Positions 60,649-64,000 of a stretch of 64,000 nucleotides of DNA are shown one piece after another. A program made the position numbers and the translations under genes. Source of the stretch: an uncultured Chloroflexia bacterium (GTDB lineage Bacteria > Chloroflexota > Limnocylindria > Limnocylindrales > CSP1-4). The DNA lies in NCBI GenBank assembly GCA_963706695.1, contig CAVPNC010000006.1, forward strand, positions 134,361 through 198,360, read 5' to 3'. Each line of letters starts with the position of its first letter. Position 1 is the stretch's first letter. The notes below the pieces were generated by a model, which did not search any database, was not told where the DNA came from, and saw only the letters and a list, made by a program, of their open reading frames with translations.

Positions 60649-61626
60649 CTACTCGCCTGGCTCGGGCTCCGGCGTCAGGCGCCACTCCCAGCCGTGCAGC
60701 CGCTCGAGCAGCCGCTTGGCCGTGAGGTCGAGGTGGATGGGCGTGATGGCGACCTTGCCCGTGGAGACCGCGTGGAAGTCGGTGCCGGGCTCCGCCACGC
60801 CGGTCGGAGGAGGACCGCCGAACCAGTAGTAGGGCGTCCCGCGCGGATCGAGGCGTTCGAGCAGCTTGTCCTGGTAGACCCGCTTGCCCATGCGCGTGAG
60901 GTCGATCTCGACCGGGTCGCTGGCGGCCCTGGCGGGCGTGTTGACGTTGAGCAGCTCGCCCTCGCCCAAGCCGTGCTCGAGCACGTTGCGCGCGACCATG
61001 GCGGCCACCTCGCCGGCCAGGCTGAAGTCGGGCTCATCGCTCCACTCCTGGCTCATGGCGAAGGCGGGGCAGCCCGAGAGGACCGCTTCCATGGCCGCCC
61101 CCACGGTGCCGGAGTAGGTGATGTCATCACCCAGGTTGGAGCCGTAGTTGATGCCCGATGCCACGAGGTCGAAGCGGAACCCGAAGTAGCCCAGGAAGGC
61201 CACGCTCACCGCATCGGTGGGCGAGCCGTCGACCGACCAGCCGGTGCTGCCGTCGTCGAGCCGGCGCTCACGCACGCGCAGGGGGCGCATGAACGTCATG
61301 GAGTGGCCCACGGCCGACTGGTTGGTATCGGGCGCCATGACGTAGACGTCGCCGATGGGCTCGAGCGCCTGCTTCAGGGCCAGCAGTCCCCGCGACTCGA
61401 TGCCGTCATCGTTGGTCACCAGGATGCGCGGCCGGGTCTCCCACTGGGACAGCGGCTTGGCCTCGCGGGGCGTCGCTCGAGCGGTGGGGATATAGCGTCC
61501 GGCCGCAGCCAGGTCGGTGTGGTCGGCGTAGGCGCCGGTGAGTGCGTCAGCGGGCGTTCCTGGCTGGGTCCGCCTGGCCGGCGGGTCATCCGCTTCGCCT
61601 GGGGACTGCTCCTGCTCGTCGGTCAT
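60649..61626 (-). CDS. surE: 5'/3'-nucleotidase SurE with a roughly 70 aa low-complexity N-terminal extension
   Basis: It carries ILVTNDDGIESRGL, the conserved SurE N-terminus. The ATG at 61626 overlaps the AI-2E transporter stop (ATGA). Confidence 0.75.
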   Translation of the reverse strand: MTDEQEQSPGEADDPPARRTQPGTPADALTGAYADHTDLAAAGRYIPTARATPREAKPLSQWETRPRILVTNDDGIESRGLLALKQALEPIGDVYVMAPDTNQSAVGHSMTFMRPLRVRERRLDDGSTGWSVDGSPTDAVSVAFLGYFGFRFDLVASGINYGSNLGDDITYSGTVGAAMEAVLSGCPAFAMSQEWSDEPDFSLAGEVAAMVARNVLEHGLGEGELLNVNTPARAASDPVEIDLTRMGKRVYQDKLLERLDPRGTPYYWFGGPPPTGVAEPGTDFHAVSTGKVAITPIHLDLTAKRLLERLHGWEWRLTPEPEPGE

Positions 61627-62849
61627 GTCTGCTCCTCGTCGGTATCGTCGGGCGTGGTGGCTGGCTCTGGCGCGGGGCCGCCTGGTGGCGGGCCCACCAC
61701 GGGGGGCGTGGGGACTCGTACCGGGCGCCCCTGGCGCTCCTCGAGGCGGCGTGCCGCACGGCTGGCCACGTCCCGCGGTCCGCCCTGGCTGCGCTTGAGG
61801 TAGTGGAAGAAGAAGGCGCTGATGACGGCGGCCACGGGGATGGCGAAGATGGCTCCCACCACACCCTGCAGGCGCAGGCCGATGAGCACGCTCAGGAGGA
61901 CCACCACCGGGTGGATGCCGACCGAGCTGGACATCACCCGCGGCTGCACGAAGTTCATGGTCACGAACCAGCCGGCGCCCATGACCAGTGCGATGGGGAC
62001 GATGGCATCCGGCTGGGTCAGGATGGCGGCCACCACCGGTGGCGCCCACGAGACGAACGGTCCGAAGAAGGGGATGAACTGGAAGAAGGCCACCAGTGCC
62101 GTGGTCAGGGGCATGTACTCGATGTCGAGCAGCAGGCTGCCGGCTGCTGCGACCGAGCCCAGCACCAGGGCCTGGATGGCCTGGCCTCGCATGAAGCCGC
62201 CGAAGGACGAGGCCACGCTGGTCTGGAAGAGGCGCATCTCGGGCGCGTACCGCGGGGGCGTGACGCGCCTGACGAAGCCCATCAGGTTCTCCTTGTCGAC
62301 CACGATGAACAGCGACAGGAAGATCATGAAGACGAGGTTGCCCAGCACGCCCAGGCTGGCGAAGGCCACATCCTGCAACGGGCCCACGAACTGACCCGAT
62401 GAGCTGGCCAGCTCCTGCAGCCCCTGGTCGAGCACGACCACGAGGTCGACCTGCAGGCCCAGGTCCTCGAGCTGCTGCTGCCAGGGTGCGACGATCTCGG
62501 GCACGCGCTGCTGCAGCGTCGGCAGCTCCTCGGTGAAGTCGATGATGGAGTTGGCCAGCTGTGTGGCGATGATGAGGCCGAGCCCGGCGAGCACGAAGAA
62601 GAGCAAGCCGTAGACCACGACGACGGGCACGATGCGCGGGACCGCCGGGGCCACGCGCCCGAAGCCATCGACGACCGGGTTGAGCACGAAGGCGAAGACC
62701 CAGGCCATCACCACGATGAGGATGATGTCGCTGAAGTAGACGACGACGTCCGCGGCGAGGCCGATGAAGACCAGGCCGACCGTCAGCGTGGCGAGGATCA
62801 GGAGTGCGCGGATCCAGCGCCCTTCCTGCTCGATGAGCCGGGACATCAT
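61623..62849 (-). CDS. AI-2E family transporter (PerM/TqsA-like)
   Basis: 408 aa with 8 predicted TM helices and the AI-2E topology. It has a Pro-rich C-terminal tail. Confidence 0.7.
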   Translation of the reverse strand: MMSRLIEQEGRWIRALLILATLTVGLVFIGLAADVVVYFSDIILIVVMAWVFAFVLNPVVDGFGRVAPAVPRIVPVVVVYGLLFFVLAGLGLIIATQLANSIIDFTEELPTLQQRVPEIVAPWQQQLEDLGLQVDLVVVLDQGLQELASSSGQFVGPLQDVAFASLGVLGNLVFMIFLSLFIVVDKENLMGFVRRVTPPRYAPEMRLFQTSVASSFGGFMRGQAIQALVLGSVAAAGSLLLDIEYMPLTTALVAFFQFIPFFGPFVSWAPPVVAAILTQPDAIVPIALVMGAGWFVTMNFVQPRVMSSSVGIHPVVVLLSVLIGLRLQGVVGAIFAIPVAAVISAFFFHYLKRSQGGPRDVASRAARRLEERQGRPVRVPTPPVVGPPPGGPAPEPATTPDDTDEEQT

Positions 62850-62933
62850 GCCCGGAGTCTACTCTGCGCTGACCGACGCTCGAGCGCAGGTGAGGCGCCT
62901 CGGGAGCACCGCGGCGTCACGGGGCAGCGACGG

Positions 62934-63968
62934 CTAGCGACGTGGCGCGAGGCCCATGCGCTCGTGGCACTCCGCGAGCGTATCGGCAGCCTGGGGCGCG
63001 AGCGTATCGGCACCGGCCGCGAGGATCTCCTCCACCATCCCAGGCTGGGCCTTCAGCTCGGCGTAGCGCTCGCGAGCCTCGCCGAAGTAGCCCAGCATGC
63101 GTTCGGCCAGCAGCTGCTTGGTGGCCACGCAGCCGGTGGTGGCGCTGCGCTCACCCTCCCAGATGTCCTCGTAGTCGTCGGGGCTGAAGACCCGGTGCAG
63201 CTGGCACACGTTGCACACCTCCGGGCGTCCGGGATCCGACAGTCGCTGGCGCGCGGTATCGGTGACCATGGACATGACCTGCTTCCGCACGGTGTCCTCG
63301 TCGGCGAAGATCTCGATGACGTTGCCCAGGGACTTGGACATCTTGTTGAGGCCGTCGGTGCCCTTGACGATGGGCGAGTCGGTGAAGACCGCCTGCGGCT
63401 CGGGGAAGACCTGGCCATAGCGCCCGTTGAACGCGCGCACGATCTCACGTGCCAGCTCCAGGTGCGCGGCCTGGTCCTTGCCCACGGGCACGTAGTCGGC
63501 CTTGTAGATGGCGATGTCCGCGGCCTGCAGCACGGGATAGTTGAAGAGCGCGGTGTTGACGTCGTCGGGCTGGTTGCGCCGCTTCTCCTTGAAGGAGGGC
63601 GTGCGCTCCACCCAGCCCATGGGCGTGACCGAGGCGAAGAGCCACATCAGCTCGAGGTGCTCGAGGCGGTCGGACTGGCGGAAGAGCACAGCCTTCTCGG
63701 GATCGAGGCCCAGCGCCAGCAGCCCCAGGGCCATCTCCATGGTGGAGCGACGGATGGCCTCGGCGTCGTGGGTGGAGGTCAGCGCGTGGTAGTCGACGAT
63801 GCAGTAGATGCTCTCGAAGCCATCCTGCATGGCGATGTAGTTGCTGAAGGCACCGAGGTGGTTGCCCACGTGGGGCAGGCCGCTGGGCTGCACGCCGGAG
63901 AAGACACGTCCGCCGCTCCCGGGCTCGGGGCGCGCGCTGCTGGTGGGCTGGGGCACGGTATCGGTCAT
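62934..63968 (-). CDS. trpS: tryptophan--tRNA ligase
   Basis: 344 aa. HIGH-type motif PHVGNHLG and the KMSKS motif. Confidence 0.9.
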   Translation of the reverse strand: MTDTVPQPTSSARPEPGSGGRVFSGVQPSGLPHVGNHLGAFSNYIAMQDGFESIYCIVDYHALTSTHDAEAIRRSTMEMALGLLALGLDPEKAVLFRQSDRLEHLELMWLFASVTPMGWVERTPSFKEKRRNQPDDVNTALFNYPVLQAADIAIYKADYVPVGKDQAAHLELAREIVRAFNGRYGQVFPEPQAVFTDSPIVKGTDGLNKMSKSLGNVIEIFADEDTVRKQVMSMVTDTARQRLSDPGRPEVCNVCQLHRVFSPDDYEDIWEGERSATTGCVATKQLLAERMLGYFGEARERYAELKAQPGMVEEILAAGADTLAPQAADTLAECHERMGLAPRR

Positions 63969-64000
63969 GGGCTCACAGGTGTGGTCAGGGTGGACAGGCG

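Overview
This is a 64 kb chromosomal segment at roughly 70% GC, with gene content and TTG/GTG start usage typical of Actinomycetota. It is almost fully coding with many overlapping stop/start junctions, and is mostly housekeeping rather than a mobile island. In order it carries: menaquinone genes (menE C-terminus, menH-like, menG/ubiE); a secreted sulfatase; a DrrAB-like ABC exporter (one ATPase, two ABC-2 permeases); a YcaQ/AlkZ-like winged-helix gene; dnaJ-prmA; a HIT protein; an acyl-CoA ligase and an LCP (LytR-CpsA-Psr) cell-wall transferase; the conserved rpsU-yqeY-HD/7TM hydrolase-ybeY block (rpsU has a TTG start and is missing from the ORF track); a minus-strand module of a B12-binding radical SAM enzyme, an acyltransferase-like protein and an amino-acid (APC) permease; pth-mfd; a YihY/membrane-protein operon; MoxR(CoxD)/VWA(CoxE)/XdhC maturation genes; a methionine/SAM-cycle neighbourhood (apt, MtnA-like, GNAT, ahcY, metK); a GDP-mannose, GT4 glycosyltransferase and sulfotransferase cluster (2 GT4, 2 sulfotransferases, manC, manB, PGI/PMI) that is the best candidate here for a sulfated mannoside pathway; a SWIM zinc-finger miniprotein; a metzincin-like protease; a cobalamin-riboswitch-controlled btuFCD-like importer; a GcvT-like protein with two tandem CrtI-like flavin oxidoreductases; and surE, an AI-2E transporter and trpS. 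Two convergent intergenic gaps hold tandem hairpin-repeat arrays of 41 bp and 44 bp. Six conserved genes show single-base frame disruptions, each with a total length of 3n+1, all in GC-rich runs; this pattern fits either systematic indel errors or genuine pseudogenes. No tRNA, rRNA, CRISPR, transposase or integrase was found.
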